A stretch of DNA of 64,000 bases from a candidate division WOR-3 bacterium (GCA_965649225.1 CBFGJX010000011.1:1-64000), one strand, 5' to 3'; counted from the first letter of the stretch, positions 47,000 through 57,794 are shown. The notes: generated by a model from the sequence alone, not told the origin. Made by a program: numbers and translations.

Positions 47000-47856
47000 C
47001 CAGGTCCTCCTCTGCAGACTGGATTTCTGACAATGGCAACAATTCTCTCCACCACCGCCGAGGGCGTGGAAGAACCCGCTACCACGCCGACCCGGGCACG
47101 CGGGTCGATGGCGATCTTGCGCAGCTCCTCGGCGCGTTCGACAAACACGACCTCACGGCCGGCCGCACGGACAATCTCGGCCAGCCGCGATGTATTGGCA
47201 CTGTTGCGGCCGCCGGCCACCACCACCACATCACACCGGCTGGCGATCCGCGCTGCCGCCTGCTGCCGGGCCGTCACCTCCCGGCAGATAGTATCAAAAA
47301 CCCGAAGCTCAGTATAACGATTCCGGCCGATGCTGGCAACAGCCGCCCGCAGCCCCTCTCGCGACATCGTCGTCTGAGCGACTACCCCCAGCCGGCCGGT
47401 ACGAGGCCGCAGCCGGGGCGAATACACCCGGCCGGCCGGCGCACAGTAGCCCAGGATCGAGCGCACCTCGGGATGATTGCGTTCACCCACCACCACCACC
47501 TCGTATCCGCCCTCGCGCAGCCGCCGGGCAACACTCTGCACCTTGCGGACATAGGGACAGGTGGCGTCAATTATTCGCACCCCCAGCCGCCGGCACTCCA
47601 GAGTAACTGCTGGCGGACAGCCGTGGGCTCTGATGACCAACGCACCGCCCCGGGCAGCGCTGACAGTCTTCACCGCCCTGATACCCTCGGCCGCCAGTTC
47701 CTCCAGTACCAGTGGATTATGGACCAGCTCACCCAACGTTGCCACTCTGCCGTAGCGGGCCAGCCCGGCCCGGGCCAGGTCAATTGCCCGTTGCACCCCG
47801 AAACAGAATCCGGTCGGCTTGGCCACCAGCACCGGTCGCCGTACCGCTACCGACAC
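46996..47856 (-). CDS. ispH: 4-hydroxy-3-methylbut-2-enyl diphosphate reductase
   Basis: GFCFGVQRA, HNP, DATCP, HPEV, SANT; start re-set to GTG 47856. Confidence 0.95.
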   Translation of the reverse strand: MSVAVRRPVLVAKPTGFCFGVQRAIDLARAGLARYGRVATLGELVHNPLVLEELAAEGIRAVKTVSAARGGALVIRAHGCPPAVTLECRRLGVRIIDATCPYVRKVQSVARRLREGGYEVVVVGERNHPEVRSILGYCAPAGRVYSPRLRPRTGRLGVVAQTTMSREGLRAAVASIGRNRYTELRVFDTICREVTARQQAAARIASRCDVVVVAGGRNSANTSRLAEIVRAAGREVVFVERAEELRKIAIDPRARVGVVAGSSTPSAVVERIVAIVRNPVCRGGPG

Positions 47857-48488
47857 ACCAGCTCCCGCACCCGCTCTTCCACGAGCTGTGTCAGCGCCAG
47901 CTGCCCGCTCCGACCGGGCGCGAAATCCTCCGGCCGCACCGGCGCGCCGAAACTCACCCGGATTGGCGTACTGCGCACTGGCCGGCGACGCCAGCCCCGG
48001 GCGACGAAGTCGCGGTCGACGAGCCACGTAACCCACGAAGTCGGCACTCCGGCGATGCCCACCGGCACCACCGGCACTCGACTCTGCTGAGCCAGCAGCC
48101 CAACTCCGGGCCGGAACCGGCCGGTTACTCCGCTCCGGCTCCGGGTGCCTTCGGGGAAAACCACCACTGTCGCACCCGCGGCCAGCAGGGACCGGCAACG
48201 CTTGATCGCGCCGGCATCTCCGCTGCCACGTCGGAGCGGCCAGGCATTCCAGCTTCGAATCAACCGGGCGAAAAACCGCGACGCCAGAAACAGCTCCTCT
48301 TTGGCCAGAAAATGTACCTCCCGGTGTGCGGCGAGCCCGACAATCACCGGGTCAATGTTGGAAACGTGATTTGCCGCCAAGACCAGCGGCCCGGGCAGCA
48401 GGTTATCCAGCCCGCGCACCCGCAGTCCGGCCAGCAGCCAGGCCAACGGATAGAGCGCCAGCCAGGCCAGCCGCCAGCGCAGCCGCAT
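47847..48488 (-). CDS. plsC: 1-acyl-sn-glycerol-3-phosphate acyltransferase
   Basis: NHVSNID, FPEGTRS. Confidence 0.92.
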   Translation of the reverse strand: MRLRWRLAWLALYPLAWLLAGLRVRGLDNLLPGPLVLAANHVSNIDPVIVGLAAHREVHFLAKEELFLASRFFARLIRSWNAWPLRRGSGDAGAIKRCRSLLAAGATVVVFPEGTRSRSGVTGRFRPGVGLLAQQSRVPVVPVGIAGVPTSWVTWLVDRDFVARGWRRRPVRSTPIRVSFGAPVRPEDFAPGRSGQLALTQLVEERVRELVCR

Positions 48489-49195
48489 CAATCCCTCCCC
48501 GTCAGTCCGCGGCGACGGGCCAGCCCGCAAACCACCGCCACCTGCTCTTCAATCGTCAAATCGGTGGTATCAACCAGCACCGCATCGGCGGTACGCATCA
48601 GCGGGCTCATCCGGCGGCTGGAATCCAGCCGGTCCCGCTCGCGCAGCCCGGCGGCAACCGCCCGGCGGCTCTGGGCCGTCCCGGCCGCGGCCAGCTCGGC
48701 GCGGCGGCGGGCCGAACGCACTGCAAGGTCACAGTCCAGAAACACCTTCAATGCCGCAGTCGGAAATACAACACTGCCGATATCGCGTCCCTCACAGACG
48801 ACATTGCGGCCGGCCGCGGCCCGGCGCTGTTCAGCCACCAGGCGCCGTCGCACCACCGGCACCGCACTCACCGCCGACACCAACGCACTCACTGGCGCGG
48901 TGCGGATACTCCGGCTGACATCCCGGCCGTCCAGTCGCACTCCCATACTGCCATCACGCTTCCAAACCGGTTCAATCCGCGTCGCTGCCAGCAGTCGCCG
49001 CAAGGCTGCCGGCCGTTCCAGCGCCGTGCCGGTCTGCAGCACCTTCAGTGTCACTGCCCGGTACATCGCGCCGGTATCCAGATGTCGGAACCCCAGCCGG
49101 CGGGCAACCAGCCGGGCGGTTGTGCTCTTGCCGGAACCGGCCGGACCGTCGATGGCAATCACGACTCCGGGCCGCGTTACTGCACGCTGCTTCAA
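48488..49195 (-). CDS. cmk: Cytidylate kinase
   Basis: IAIDGPAGSGKST, DTGAMYR, EGRDIG; start re-set to TTG 49195. Confidence 0.95.
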   Translation of the reverse strand: MKQRAVTRPGVVIAIDGPAGSGKSTTARLVARRLGFRHLDTGAMYRAVTLKVLQTGTALERPAALRRLLAATRIEPVWKRDGSMGVRLDGRDVSRSIRTAPVSALVSAVSAVPVVRRRLVAEQRRAAAGRNVVCEGRDIGSVVFPTAALKVFLDCDLAVRSARRRAELAAAGTAQSRRAVAAGLRERDRLDSSRRMSPLMRTADAVLVDTTDLTIEEQVAVVCGLARRRGLTGRD

Positions 49196-49218
49196 GGGGG
49201 AAAACTGCGCCCGGCTGG

Positions 49219-49692
49219 CTATTCGGCCTGGCTGAGCGCGAACTGCTGCACCAGCTGCAACTGCATCGCCCGCAGCCGTGCTGCAACGGTGCGGGCGACC
49301 ATCTTCATTACTGCATATCCCAATCGGGGGTCGGCATCCAGCGCCGCCTGCAGCTCGCGCACCGACCACTCAATATAACCACAATCGGTGAGCGCCCGGC
49401 TGCCGGCAGTGTAATTCGGATTGCCTACCAGCCCCGACCAGGCAAACATCTCGCCCGGACCCACCGTTGTCACGACATAGGTCTTCCGGCTGACGCCCAG
49501 ATCAAGGTCGAGCGTGACACCCAGCCGGCCGGAATGGAGAATGTAGAACTTCTCGGCCGGCTCACCCTGACGGTCAACCGGTTCACCGGCCTTCACCGTC
49601 CCATAGCGGGCCAGCCTGGCCAGCTGTTCAATATCATCCTCATCCAGCGTCTGGAAATCGGGGATGGTTTTCAGAAACTCACTGATATCCAC
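49219..49692 (-). CDS. Stand-alone cyclic nucleotide-binding domain protein
   Basis: QGEPAEKFYIL.SG, GPGEMFAWSGL; no HTH. Confidence 0.85.
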   Translation of the reverse strand: MDISEFLKTIPDFQTLDEDDIEQLARLARYGTVKAGEPVDRQGEPAEKFYILHSGRLGVTLDLDLGVSRKTYVVTTVGPGEMFAWSGLVGNPNYTAGSRALTDCGYIEWSVRELQAALDADPRLGYAVMKMVARTVAARLRAMQLQLVQQFALSQAE

Positions 49693-49801
49693 AAACAGCC
49701 TCCTGCGGAGCGGGGTAGAGTCGGCAGACGATAATCGCCGGCGGCACCATTGTCAAGCCTGCTCCCTTGACCCCGCACCCTGCGGCAGTTACCATCCTGT
49801 G

Positions 49802-50194
49802 ATGACCCGGCTGCTCTGGCTGATCTTCATTGTCCTCTTTGCTGCCCTGGTCCTGCTGACGTTGAGTCGCGCCTGGACCGCCGGCCGCCCTCTCAACCGC
49901 CAGCTCATTGCCATTGCCCGCAGCGGCAACGAACTCAGCCGGCGCTTCCCCGGCCACCGCTTCCGGGTCCAGGCATCCAGCCCGGACCGCTACCGTCGTG
50001 AAATTGTTATCTGGATCCAGCCCGGCACGGCCGATTCGGCGCTGCTGGCAACGCTGCCCGATTCGGCGGCCGACTGGCTGGCTGCCCGTCTCACCCTGCC
50101 CGGTTTCGACTCGCTGCGGATAGTACTTTTCGACTCGGTTGTGCGGGTCCGGCCGCTCGTTCGACCTAGAACCGGTTCACCAGCGCCACGCTGA
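49802..50194 (+). CDS. Hypothetical membrane-anchored protein
   Basis: N-terminal TM helix; TTGACC-N17-TACCAT 6 nt upstream. Confidence 0.65.
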   Translation: MTRLLWLIFIVLFAALVLLTLSRAWTAGRPLNRQLIAIARSGNELSRRFPGHRFRVQASSPDRYRREIVIWIQPGTADSALLATLPDSAADWLAARLTLPGFDSLRIVLFDSVVRVRPLVRPRTGSPAPR

Positions 50195-50849
50195 AAACCC
50201 GGTTACGCACGGTTTCCGCCCGGTTCCCCAGAATATCACGCAGAGCAAACCCCAGCCGCACCCGCCGGTCAACCGTCCATGCCAGTCCGGCGTTCAGGAA
50301 ACCGCGGCCGCGATCGTTGCGGTCATTCAACGCCGGATCATACTCGGCGATCAGTTCCAGGCCGCCGGGCAGCAGCTCACTGACAGCCACACTCCCGTTC
50401 AGGCCGTGCTGATAACTCACTGCCACTTGAAAGTAAGACCGCGTCACATCAACTGTTTTTCCCGCTGCCAGGTACACTCCCGGCTCGCGCACCAGAAAAC
50501 GACCCCGGACGCAGTCATCGTAACCCTGGCTGTCAAATCCCAGTACCAGGTCCGGCACGTAACCGGCCTCGCGCAAGAGCGCCAGCCGTGCCTGAAAATC
50601 CGGCCGCCCGCGGTCAAAAAGCTGCACCGAATCATTACCGATAATCCGGTTGCCGCCGTAAGACATCCCCAGCGTTACGCGCTCAAACAAACCCACCGCC
50701 AGCCGCAGCAGCACCCCCCCCGAACCCCACAACCGCGCCTCGGCCCAGTACTCACCGTGTCCCAGCGACACCGGCACCGGCTGATCGACCTGATACAACA
50801 GACCGCTGGCCGACAGTGCCAGCCAGCATAACAAAACAATCACCCGCAT
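50166..50849 (-). CDS. Hypothetical outer-membrane beta-barrel protein
   Basis: Signal peptide, alternating beta strands, terminal Phe. Confidence 0.65.
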   Translation of the reverse strand: MRVIVLLCWLALSASGLLYQVDQPVPVSLGHGEYWAEARLWGSGGVLLRLAVGLFERVTLGMSYGGNRIIGNDSVQLFDRGRPDFQARLALLREAGYVPDLVLGFDSQGYDDCVRGRFLVREPGVYLAAGKTVDVTRSYFQVAVSYQHGLNGSVAVSELLPGGLELIAEYDPALNDRNDRGRGFLNAGLAWTVDRRVRLGFALRDILGNRAETVRNRVFSVALVNRF

Positions 50850-50945
50850 GCCCCAGCATAGACACGGCAACCGACACTGTCAAGGCAGCCACCGCACGGG
50901 CCTTGCCGCTTGACAACCCCGTCGCTCTGCCTACAATGCCCGCAG

Positions 50946-51335
50946 GTGACAGCCATCCGCATCAACATCGGCGGCATTGAACTCGCTGGCCGGATTGAAC
51001 ACTCCGACCTCGCCGAACTTGTCATCCGGCAGCTCCCGCTTGACTCGTGGGGAGAAACCTGGGGTCGAGAAGTGTACTTTCCGATTCCGCTCAAAGTCGG
51101 CAACACCGCCCCGGTACTCGAAGTGAAGCCGGGCGACATTGCCTACTGGCCGGACGGGCCCGACCTGTGCCTCTTCTTCGGTCCGACGCCCAAAAGCACC
51201 GGCGACACTCCGGTAGCTGCCAGCCCGGTAACAGTCATCGGCAGCTTCCAGTTCGCCCCCGACGACTTCGACCGTATCGCCCGCGGCCGGCGCGGCATTC
51301 GAGTCCGGATTGAAAAACAACCTGCTGCCGACTAA
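50946..51335 (+). CDS. Cyclophilin-like fold protein (TM1367/DUF369-like)
   Basis: WGREVYF.IP, GDIAYWP.G..LCLFFGPTP. Confidence 0.88.
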   Translation: MTAIRINIGGIELAGRIEHSDLAELVIRQLPLDSWGETWGREVYFPIPLKVGNTAPVLEVKPGDIAYWPDGPDLCLFFGPTPKSTGDTPVAASPVTVIGSFQFAPDDFDRIARGRRGIRVRIEKQPAAD

Positions 51336-51390
51336 TGCCGGACAACTCCGGCTCTGCGCCCTCGCCGGGACGCAGAACACACTAGCGCAC

Positions 51391-51463
51391 GGGGCAGTAG
51401 CTCAGTTGGGAGAGCGCCAGAATCGCACTCTGGAGGTCGCCGGTTCAACTCCGGTCTGCTCCA
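51391..51463 (+). tRNA. tRNA-Ala(CGC), CCA not encoded
   Basis: GGGGCAG/CTGCTCC acceptor stem with G3:U70; CCAGA-ATCGCAC-TCTGG anticodon arm. Confidence 0.94.
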
Positions 51464-51506
51464 TTATCGGTCATCCGGCAGCCGTCGGCTGCAAAAGGAG
51501 GGGCAC

Positions 51507-52091
51507 ATGATCATCCTGCCCAAATATGTCTTCCTCACCAAAGGTGTCGGCGTCCACCGTGAAAAACTCGCCAGCTTCGAAGCCGCCCTGCGCGACGCCG
51601 GGATTGCCGCTTTCAACATCGTCCGGGTCTCATCGATCTTCCCCCCCGAATGCCGCATCATCTCGCGCCAGCGCGGGCTCAAATTCCTGTCCCCAGGCCA
51701 GGTAGTCTTTGCCGTCGTCAGCGACAACGCTACCAACGAACCCCACCGGCTCGTGTCGGCCTCAGTTGGCCTGGCCATACCCAAAGACAGCTCCCGCTAC
51801 GGCTACCTTTCTGAATACCACTCCTTTGGCGAACGGGAAGAACGCGCCGGCGACTACGCCGAAGACCTCGCTGCCCAGATGCTTGCCACCACCCTCGGCG
51901 TCCAGTTCAACCCCGACACCTCCTACGACGAACGCAAGGAAATCTGGAAAATCTCCAACCAGATCGTCCGCACCCAGAACATCACCCAGAGCGCTATCGG
52001 CAACAAATCCGGCCTGTGGACTTCAGTTGTCGCCGCCGCCGTCCTCATAACGCATTTCCGCGACGACAACTGCGAAAACGGCACGGCCTAG
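51507..52091 (+). CDS. pdaD: Pyruvoyl-dependent arginine decarboxylase
   Basis: SFEAALRDAGI..NIVRVSSIFPP autocleavage site; GYLSE. Confidence 0.9.
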   Translation: MIILPKYVFLTKGVGVHREKLASFEAALRDAGIAAFNIVRVSSIFPPECRIISRQRGLKFLSPGQVVFAVVSDNATNEPHRLVSASVGLAIPKDSSRYGYLSEYHSFGEREERAGDYAEDLAAQMLATTLGVQFNPDTSYDERKEIWKISNQIVRTQNITQSAIGNKSGLWTSVVAAAVLITHFRDDNCENGTA

Positions 52092-52092
52092 A

Positions 52093-53313
52093 CTACCAGC
52101 GCCTCTCCAGCACCACACCGCGATAATAGGCCGCCAGAATCTCGGGATAACCCTGCCCGGCCCGGGCCCGCGCCAGCGCCCCCTCCTGGCACAGTCCCAC
52201 ACCGTGACCCCAGCCCCGTCCGGAAAAACAAAACCCACTGCCCTGCCGCCGCAGCTCAAACAGGGTCGAACGCAGCCCGAGCCCCATTCGCAGCTCATTC
52301 GCCCCCACTGTTACCCAACTTCCCCCGGTCTCGAACCGCACCCGCCGTACCCTGCCCGACATCTCGTCCCGCTCCAGCCGCCAGCCCGAAATCACCGGCA
52401 TCCGCCCCAGCCGCGCCAGCCGCATCACTGTTCGGGCCACACTCTCTGCTGGCAACACCACCTCCCACTCGAACCACTTCCCGCCTGAACACCACGCCGG
52501 CCGACCCCGTCCTGGCACATCGCTGACACTTGTCAGATACGGCTCCGAACCATTACCGGTAACCCCGCCGCAATTCGCATGATACAACGCCATCACCGGC
52601 GCACCCTCAAAAGTCAATACCTCACCCCGCGTTGCATCCACCGCTTGACGTGCCCAGTCCGTCTCCACACCGGCTCCACCGTACTCCTGATCCCGGGTGT
52701 GACTGTCAAAAAGGTCATGCCCCAGCCCCTGCCGCCGCCCCAGCCGCGCCAGCGCAAAAGACCTTGCTGCAACTGCCTGTGCCTTGGCCGCCTCAAAACA
52801 CTCCGGCCCCGCCGCCCCCAGCTCCCGTGGCAGCACCCCGTAAAGATACTCCTCAATTCCCAATCGGTTAACCACCGCCAGCCCGCTATCCGACGCGGCA
52901 AAAACCACCAGCTCGCCCCGATACCGACGCCCACTCAACCGCAGCAAACACCCGCCTGTACCCCGAACTACAACTGTATCCAGCCCTCGCTGCCAGACTC
53001 CGCCGCTTCGGCCGGCCGCCACCCGGACTCCTTCGCGCCAGAACTCTACCACCTCATCCGGCCCAACCCGCAGCACCGCCTGAGCGCACTCTACCATCAC
53101 TCCCCCCGATCCGCTCAAACTCACCCTGCCCCCCTCACCGGCGCTAACCCGAACCCGCACAACCGGCATCACTTGCCCGCGTTCTCCTTGTGATACCCGT
53201 TCACCCGCCTCAACCCAGTCTGCCCGCGCATAACGTCCACCTCGAACGCCCACCCGCCACATTGCGCAACCGGAAAACGCGACCAGCACTCCGAACAGAA
53301 TCAACTGCCGCAC
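52093..53313 (-). CDS. SpoIID/LytB domain lytic transglycosylase (lipoprotein signal)
   Basis: EEYLYGV..E, KAQAVAARS, GWGHGVGLCQ. Confidence 0.92.
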   Translation of the reverse strand: MRQLILFGVLVAFSGCAMWRVGVRGGRYARADWVEAGERVSQGERGQVMPVVRVRVSAGEGGRVSLSGSGGVMVECAQAVLRVGPDEVVEFWREGVRVAAGRSGGVWQRGLDTVVVRGTGGCLLRLSGRRYRGELVVFAASDSGLAVVNRLGIEEYLYGVLPRELGAAGPECFEAAKAQAVAARSFALARLGRRQGLGHDLFDSHTRDQEYGGAGVETDWARQAVDATRGEVLTFEGAPVMALYHANCGGVTGNGSEPYLTSVSDVPGRGRPAWCSGGKWFEWEVVLPAESVARTVMRLARLGRMPVISGWRLERDEMSGRVRRVRFETGGSWVTVGANELRMGLGLRSTLFELRRQGSGFCFSGRGWGHGVGLCQEGALARARAGQGYPEILAAYYRGVVLERRW

Positions 53314-53403
53314 CGCTCAAACTAACCCCGCACATCTGCCTGGTCAAGCTGCTCTGCCCCCGGCCCGGCTTTGACTTGCAGCAAAACCGCCTTATCATGA
53401 GTT

Positions 53404-53778
53404 ATGCTCTATCGCGACCTGCGTATCGCCGACGCCATCAAAGACACCGTCGCCGACATAATCACGACCAAAATCAGCGATCCCGGCATCGGTTTTGTCA
53501 CCATCACCCGCTGCACTGTCAGCCCCGACTACCGTCACGCTACGATCTACCTTTCAATCCTCGGTGACGACCGCCGCCGCGCCGACGGCCTCGAACACAT
53601 CCGCCATGCGGCCGGCTACATCCGCCACCAGCTGGGCAAACGGCTCCGCCTCCGCTACCTGCCCCAGCTTAACTTCGCCCTCGATGAACTCCTTGAACAG
53701 CAAAACCGCATCGGCCACATCCTCAACGAACTCCAGCACCACCCACCGCATCCCGACACCGGGTACCCCCAGCCCTGA
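53404..53778 (+). CDS. rbfA: Ribosome-binding factor A
   Basis: DP.IGFVTIT, AAGYIR, LRYLPQL.F. Confidence 0.93.
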   Translation: MLYRDLRIADAIKDTVADIITTKISDPGIGFVTITRCTVSPDYRHATIYLSILGDDRRRADGLEHIRHAAGYIRHQLGKRLRLRYLPQLNFALDELLEQQNRIGHILNELQHHPPHPDTGYPQP

Positions 53779-53781
53779 CCG

Positions 53782-54660
53782 GTGCCCAGCTTGATCCCCG
53801 CCGGCGTACTGCCCATTGCCAAACCCGCCGGCATAACCTCCTACGACTGCATCCGCCGAATCAAAAACATCGCCAGACCCCGCCGCATCGGCCACGCCGG
53901 CACCCTCGACCCCATGGCCACCGGCCTCCTTCTCATCCTGCTCAACGAAGCCACCCGTACCAGCAGCCTGCTGATGCGGCAGCCGAAAACCTACACCGCT
54001 GAAATCCTCTTTGGCATTGCCACTGATACCGACGACGTCACCGGCAGCATAATCGGCCGCGGGCCGGTGCCCGCTGTCGACACCACCATACTCGACGCCG
54101 CACTGCAAACTTTCACTGGCACGACGAATCAGACCCCTCCCACCTACTCCGCCTGCAAACACCACGGCCGTCCGCTCCATCGCCTTGCCCGCCAGGGCAT
54201 CGCGATAACCCCCAAACCCCGGCCGGTCACAATCTACCACATCACCCTGCTCGACTGGCAGCCGCCCCGGCTGCGGATAACCCTCACGGTTGGCGCCGGC
54301 ACCTACGTCCGATCACTTGCCCGCGACCTCGGCCAGAAACTCGGCACCTGTGCGACCCTTGCCGAGCTCCAACGCACGGCCTCAGGAACAATCAGTCTCC
54401 AGCAAGCTCTTCCATTGCAAACCGCCGACCCCGCCGCCATCGCCGCTGCCATCATCCCCATCCCCCAGGCCCTGCACTTCCTTCCTCTGCTGACCATCAC
54501 CCCCGCGCAGGCGCGCGACATCACGCTCGGCCGCAGCATCACCATCGAGCAGGCTCCGGATGGCCAACTTCTCCTTCAAACCAACAGCAGCGGCTTTCTT
54601 GCCCTCGCCCAGGCTGCTGCCGGAGTTGTCAAACCCTGCCGCATGATCTGTTCGGCATAA
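53782..54660 (+). CDS. truB: tRNA pseudouridine(55) synthase
   Basis: KPAGITS, GHAGTLDPMATG, GTYVRSLA. Confidence 0.95.
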   Translation: MPSLIPAGVLPIAKPAGITSYDCIRRIKNIARPRRIGHAGTLDPMATGLLLILLNEATRTSSLLMRQPKTYTAEILFGIATDTDDVTGSIIGRGPVPAVDTTILDAALQTFTGTTNQTPPTYSACKHHGRPLHRLARQGIAITPKPRPVTIYHITLLDWQPPRLRITLTVGAGTYVRSLARDLGQKLGTCATLAELQRTASGTISLQQALPLQTADPAAIAAAIIPIPQALHFLPLLTITPAQARDITLGRSITIEQAPDGQLLLQTNSSGFLALAQAAAGVVKPCRMICSA

Positions 54661-55598
54661 TGAAGAGCGCCGACCGCGCACCGACAGCCCAGCGCACCGT
54701 AGTCGCGCTTGGCAGCTTCGACGGCGTCCACCTCGGCCATCAAGCCATCATCCGGCAGACCATTAGCCTCGCCCGCTCCCTCAACGCCATACCGGCCGCA
54801 ACCACCAGCGATCCCCTGCCGGCACAACTGCTGAACCCTGACTTCACCTGTGTCCTCACTCCACTCCGCCAGCGCATCCGCATTCTCACCGAACTTGGCA
54901 TCGAACTGATACAGGTACTGCCCTTCACTACTGCCCTTGCCCGGCTGAGCCCACCGGCCTACCTCCGGCGCTACATCATTTCCCCCCTTAATCCCGCCGC
55001 AGTTGTCATCGGCCACGATCACCGCTTTGGCCACCGTCAGCAGGGCGACGCCACCCTGCTGGCCCGCCTCCTGGCCCGGGCTGACATTGCACTGAATGTT
55101 GTACCCGAGTTTGTACTTGAGGGAGTGCCGGTAAGAGCAACGTCGATCCGCGAGAGTCTTTTGCTCGGTGCAGTGGCACAGGCAGCCCGGTTGCTGGGTC
55201 GCTGGTATCGGATTGAGGGCCCGGTTGTTCCCGGCACCGGCACCGGTCGCCGGTTGGGGTTTCCAACCCTGAACTGCCGGCCGCTGGAGCGGGAAACACT
55301 GGTGCCGGCGGATGGAGTATACGCCTGTCGGTGCGATGTTACCGGAGGCTTGAGTTTGCCGGCAGTGGTAAATATCGGCCACCGACCGACTTTTGGCGGC
55401 GAGTGCCGAACGATTGAGGCACACCTGTTTGATTGTGAGATACCAGACAGAATCGACTGGCTGACTCTGAGTTTCGTGGAGCGTATCCGCAGTGAACGCC
55501 GGTTCGATTCGCCCGCAGCACTGGCAGCGCAGATTGTTGCCGATATTGCCGTTGCCCGGCGGGTGCTTGAACGGACACCGGAGTTTCTTGGCGTTTGA
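54660..55598 (+). CDS. ribF: Riboflavin kinase / FAD synthetase
   Basis: FDGVHLGH, GHDHRFG, LGFPTLN, EAHLFD. Confidence 0.95.
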   Translation: MKSADRAPTAQRTVVALGSFDGVHLGHQAIIRQTISLARSLNAIPAATTSDPLPAQLLNPDFTCVLTPLRQRIRILTELGIELIQVLPFTTALARLSPPAYLRRYIISPLNPAAVVIGHDHRFGHRQQGDATLLARLLARADIALNVVPEFVLEGVPVRATSIRESLLLGAVAQAARLLGRWYRIEGPVVPGTGTGRRLGFPTLNCRPLERETLVPADGVYACRCDVTGGLSLPAVVNIGHRPTFGGECRTIEAHLFDCEIPDRIDWLTLSFVERIRSERRFDSPAALAAQIVADIAVARRVLERTPEFLGV

Positions 55599-55679
55599 CA
55601 GGGAGAGGAGTGGGGGTTATGCTTGCGCCGCTGGCGGCGGCAGGGGGGCTGCTGTCTGCCGATTTGGAGGTTTCATTCG

Positions 55680-57083
55680 ATGATTAGTGGTTTTGCGATT
55701 GTATTTGTGTTCATTTTGAGCGCGGTGCCCGCCCCGGATTCTGTGGCGGCGCCGATGCTTTGCGATACCCTGCGCGAGGTGGAGATTTTGATTTTTCCGC
55801 CCGCCGGCGCCCGGCTGCCACTGTGGTACGAAGTGGACTGGGGAGACGGAGAAATGTCGGGCTGGTCGGGGCCACTGCGGACGCCAGTTGATGTCTCGCG
55901 GTTTCACCGCTATCGACAGGAGGGGAGTTTCGATATCCGGGTGCGCGCCCGTGATTCACTGGGCGGAACCTCACCTTGGTCGCGACCGGTAACGGTGCGG
56001 GTAGGCCCAGGAGTGCTCAAGTGGTCTTTTGCAACGCTGGATCCGGTAGTGGGTTCGCCCTCGCTGGACCGGGACGGAAACGTTTACTTCGGCGATGAGG
56101 GAGGTCGGGTGTATTGTCTGAGCCCGACCGGCTCGCTGTTGTGGGATTTCGAGGCGAAGGATGCTGTGTACGGGTCAGTGGTGGTAGATGGTGAGAAGGT
56201 ATATGCCGCGTCGGTTGATTCTTTTCTTTACTGTCTGAACCGGCAGGGACAGCTGGTGTGGCGGCTTTTTCTGGGTGATGAGTTCTACTGCCCACCAGCG
56301 CTGCTGGCCGATGGCGGGCTGGTTCTGACTTCGGATGCCGGCAAGGTCTTTTGTGTTGATCCGGCCGGCCGACTGCGCTGGTCTTTTCGGGCCGGTGACG
56401 AGATCAGTAGTCCAGCGACCGTGTCTGGAGACGGCCGGGTGTTTTTTGCCGCCGATTCGGTGTATTGTCTGGACCAACGGGGACGGCGGGTATGGGCTTT
56501 TGGAACCGGCGAGGGCGATTACTTTTTTGCCGCGCCGGTGCCGGACAGTGTCGGGAATCTAATCTGCGGCTGCACCGACGGTTTTCTCTATTGCTTGGGT
56601 CCGGATGGCCGCCAGCGCTGGCGGGTGAGTGCGCCGGATGGCGATGAAATCCGCTCCGAGGCGGTTTTCGGACCGGACGGCTCAATCTATTTTGGCACTG
56701 ATGGTTATTATCTGTGCCGGCTGGTACCGGGGCGGACGCCCGAGATTCTGTACGAGGCAGGGGATATTGTAGTCGCGCCGCCGGCGCTTTCGGATTCTGG
56801 GACGGCTTACTTTCTGCCGGATGACGGCGTAGTCTATGCCCAGTCGCGTTCGGGCCGACTGGTGTGGACTTATGAGGTCGCCGAGGGGTCGAAGGACCTT
56901 TTTTACACCTCGGCGCCGGCGATTGGTCCCGACGGAACGGTTTATGTCGGTTCATGGGATGGCGGACTGTTTGCTTTTAGGGGTGATGCACCACCGGCAC
57001 GATCGCACTGGCCACAGTACCGCCGTGACAGTGCCCACACCGGCCGGGTGAGTTTGCCCGGCCGTCGGCGCGGGAGACGATGA
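55680..57083 (+). CDS. Secreted PKD-like + PQQ-like beta-propeller protein
   Basis: DWGDG..H.Y..G.F.I.VRARD; SP...DG.VY repeats. Confidence 0.8.
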   Translation: MISGFAIVFVFILSAVPAPDSVAAPMLCDTLREVEILIFPPAGARLPLWYEVDWGDGEMSGWSGPLRTPVDVSRFHRYRQEGSFDIRVRARDSLGGTSPWSRPVTVRVGPGVLKWSFATLDPVVGSPSLDRDGNVYFGDEGGRVYCLSPTGSLLWDFEAKDAVYGSVVVDGEKVYAASVDSFLYCLNRQGQLVWRLFLGDEFYCPPALLADGGLVLTSDAGKVFCVDPAGRLRWSFRAGDEISSPATVSGDGRVFFAADSVYCLDQRGRRVWAFGTGEGDYFFAAPVPDSVGNLICGCTDGFLYCLGPDGRQRWRVSAPDGDEIRSEAVFGPDGSIYFGTDGYYLCRLVPGRTPEILYEAGDIVVAPPALSDSGTAYFLPDDGVVYAQSRSGRLVWTYEVAEGSKDLFYTSAPAIGPDGTVYVGSWDGGLFAFRGDAPPARSHWPQYRRDSAHTGRVSLPGRRRGRR

Positions 57084-57763
57084 TGCTGGAAGTGTTTATT
57101 GCCCCGAAACAGTTTTTCGGCCGACTGCGTGAGCGGCCGGTTTGGCTGCTGCCGGTTTTGCTTGTGCTGGTGACAAATCTCGCAGCAGTGGCGGTTTCGA
57201 CCGTTTTTGTCGACTGGACAGCACAGCGGGAGCGGGCAGTCGCCGCAATGCAGGAACGGGGGATGACGCCGGAGCAGATTGAAGCAGCGCTGGAGCGGAT
57301 GGACCGGTTTGTGAATTCGCCACTGGCACGCTGGGGTCTGCCACTGGCCGGGGCGCTGGTATCTGGTCTGGCCGGAGTGCTGGTACTTGCACTGGTGTAT
57401 AATCTGGCCCTGCCGCTTCTGGGCGGGAGTTCCAATTACCGGTTGACGTTTGCAGTGACAGTGTGGTCGGGGCTCCCACTGGTGCTGGGAGCACTGGTCC
57501 GAATCGTACTGGTGCTACTGCGGCGGTCGGCTGAGGTTTCAACAAGTCTGCTGGCGCTGGTGCCAGGACTGAAAACAGGATTCTGGGCAGCCTTGTTGGG
57601 CCAGGCTGATCTATTTGCGTTCTGGCAGCTCGGGCTGTGCGCCATAGGGCTGAAGACGGTTTTCGGGCTACGTGGGGCACGGGCCTGGCTGCTGGTGTTT
57701 GGCGTCTGGCTGGCACTGGCAGTAGTGTTTGCGCTGCTGGGCGCTGGCGCGGGGCAACATTGA
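57080..57763 (+). CDS. Yip1 family membrane protein
   Basis: VFIAPKQFF..L..RP.W; five TM helices. Confidence 0.8.
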   Translation: MMLEVFIAPKQFFGRLRERPVWLLPVLLVLVTNLAAVAVSTVFVDWTAQRERAVAAMQERGMTPEQIEAALERMDRFVNSPLARWGLPLAGALVSGLAGVLVLALVYNLALPLLGGSSNYRLTFAVTVWSGLPLVLGALVRIVLVLLRRSAEVSTSLLALVPGLKTGFWAALLGQADLFAFWQLGLCAIGLKTVFGLRGARAWLLVFGVWLALAVVFALLGAGAGQH

Positions 57764-57794
57764 TGCCGGACAACAGCCGGCCGGGTTTGGCACA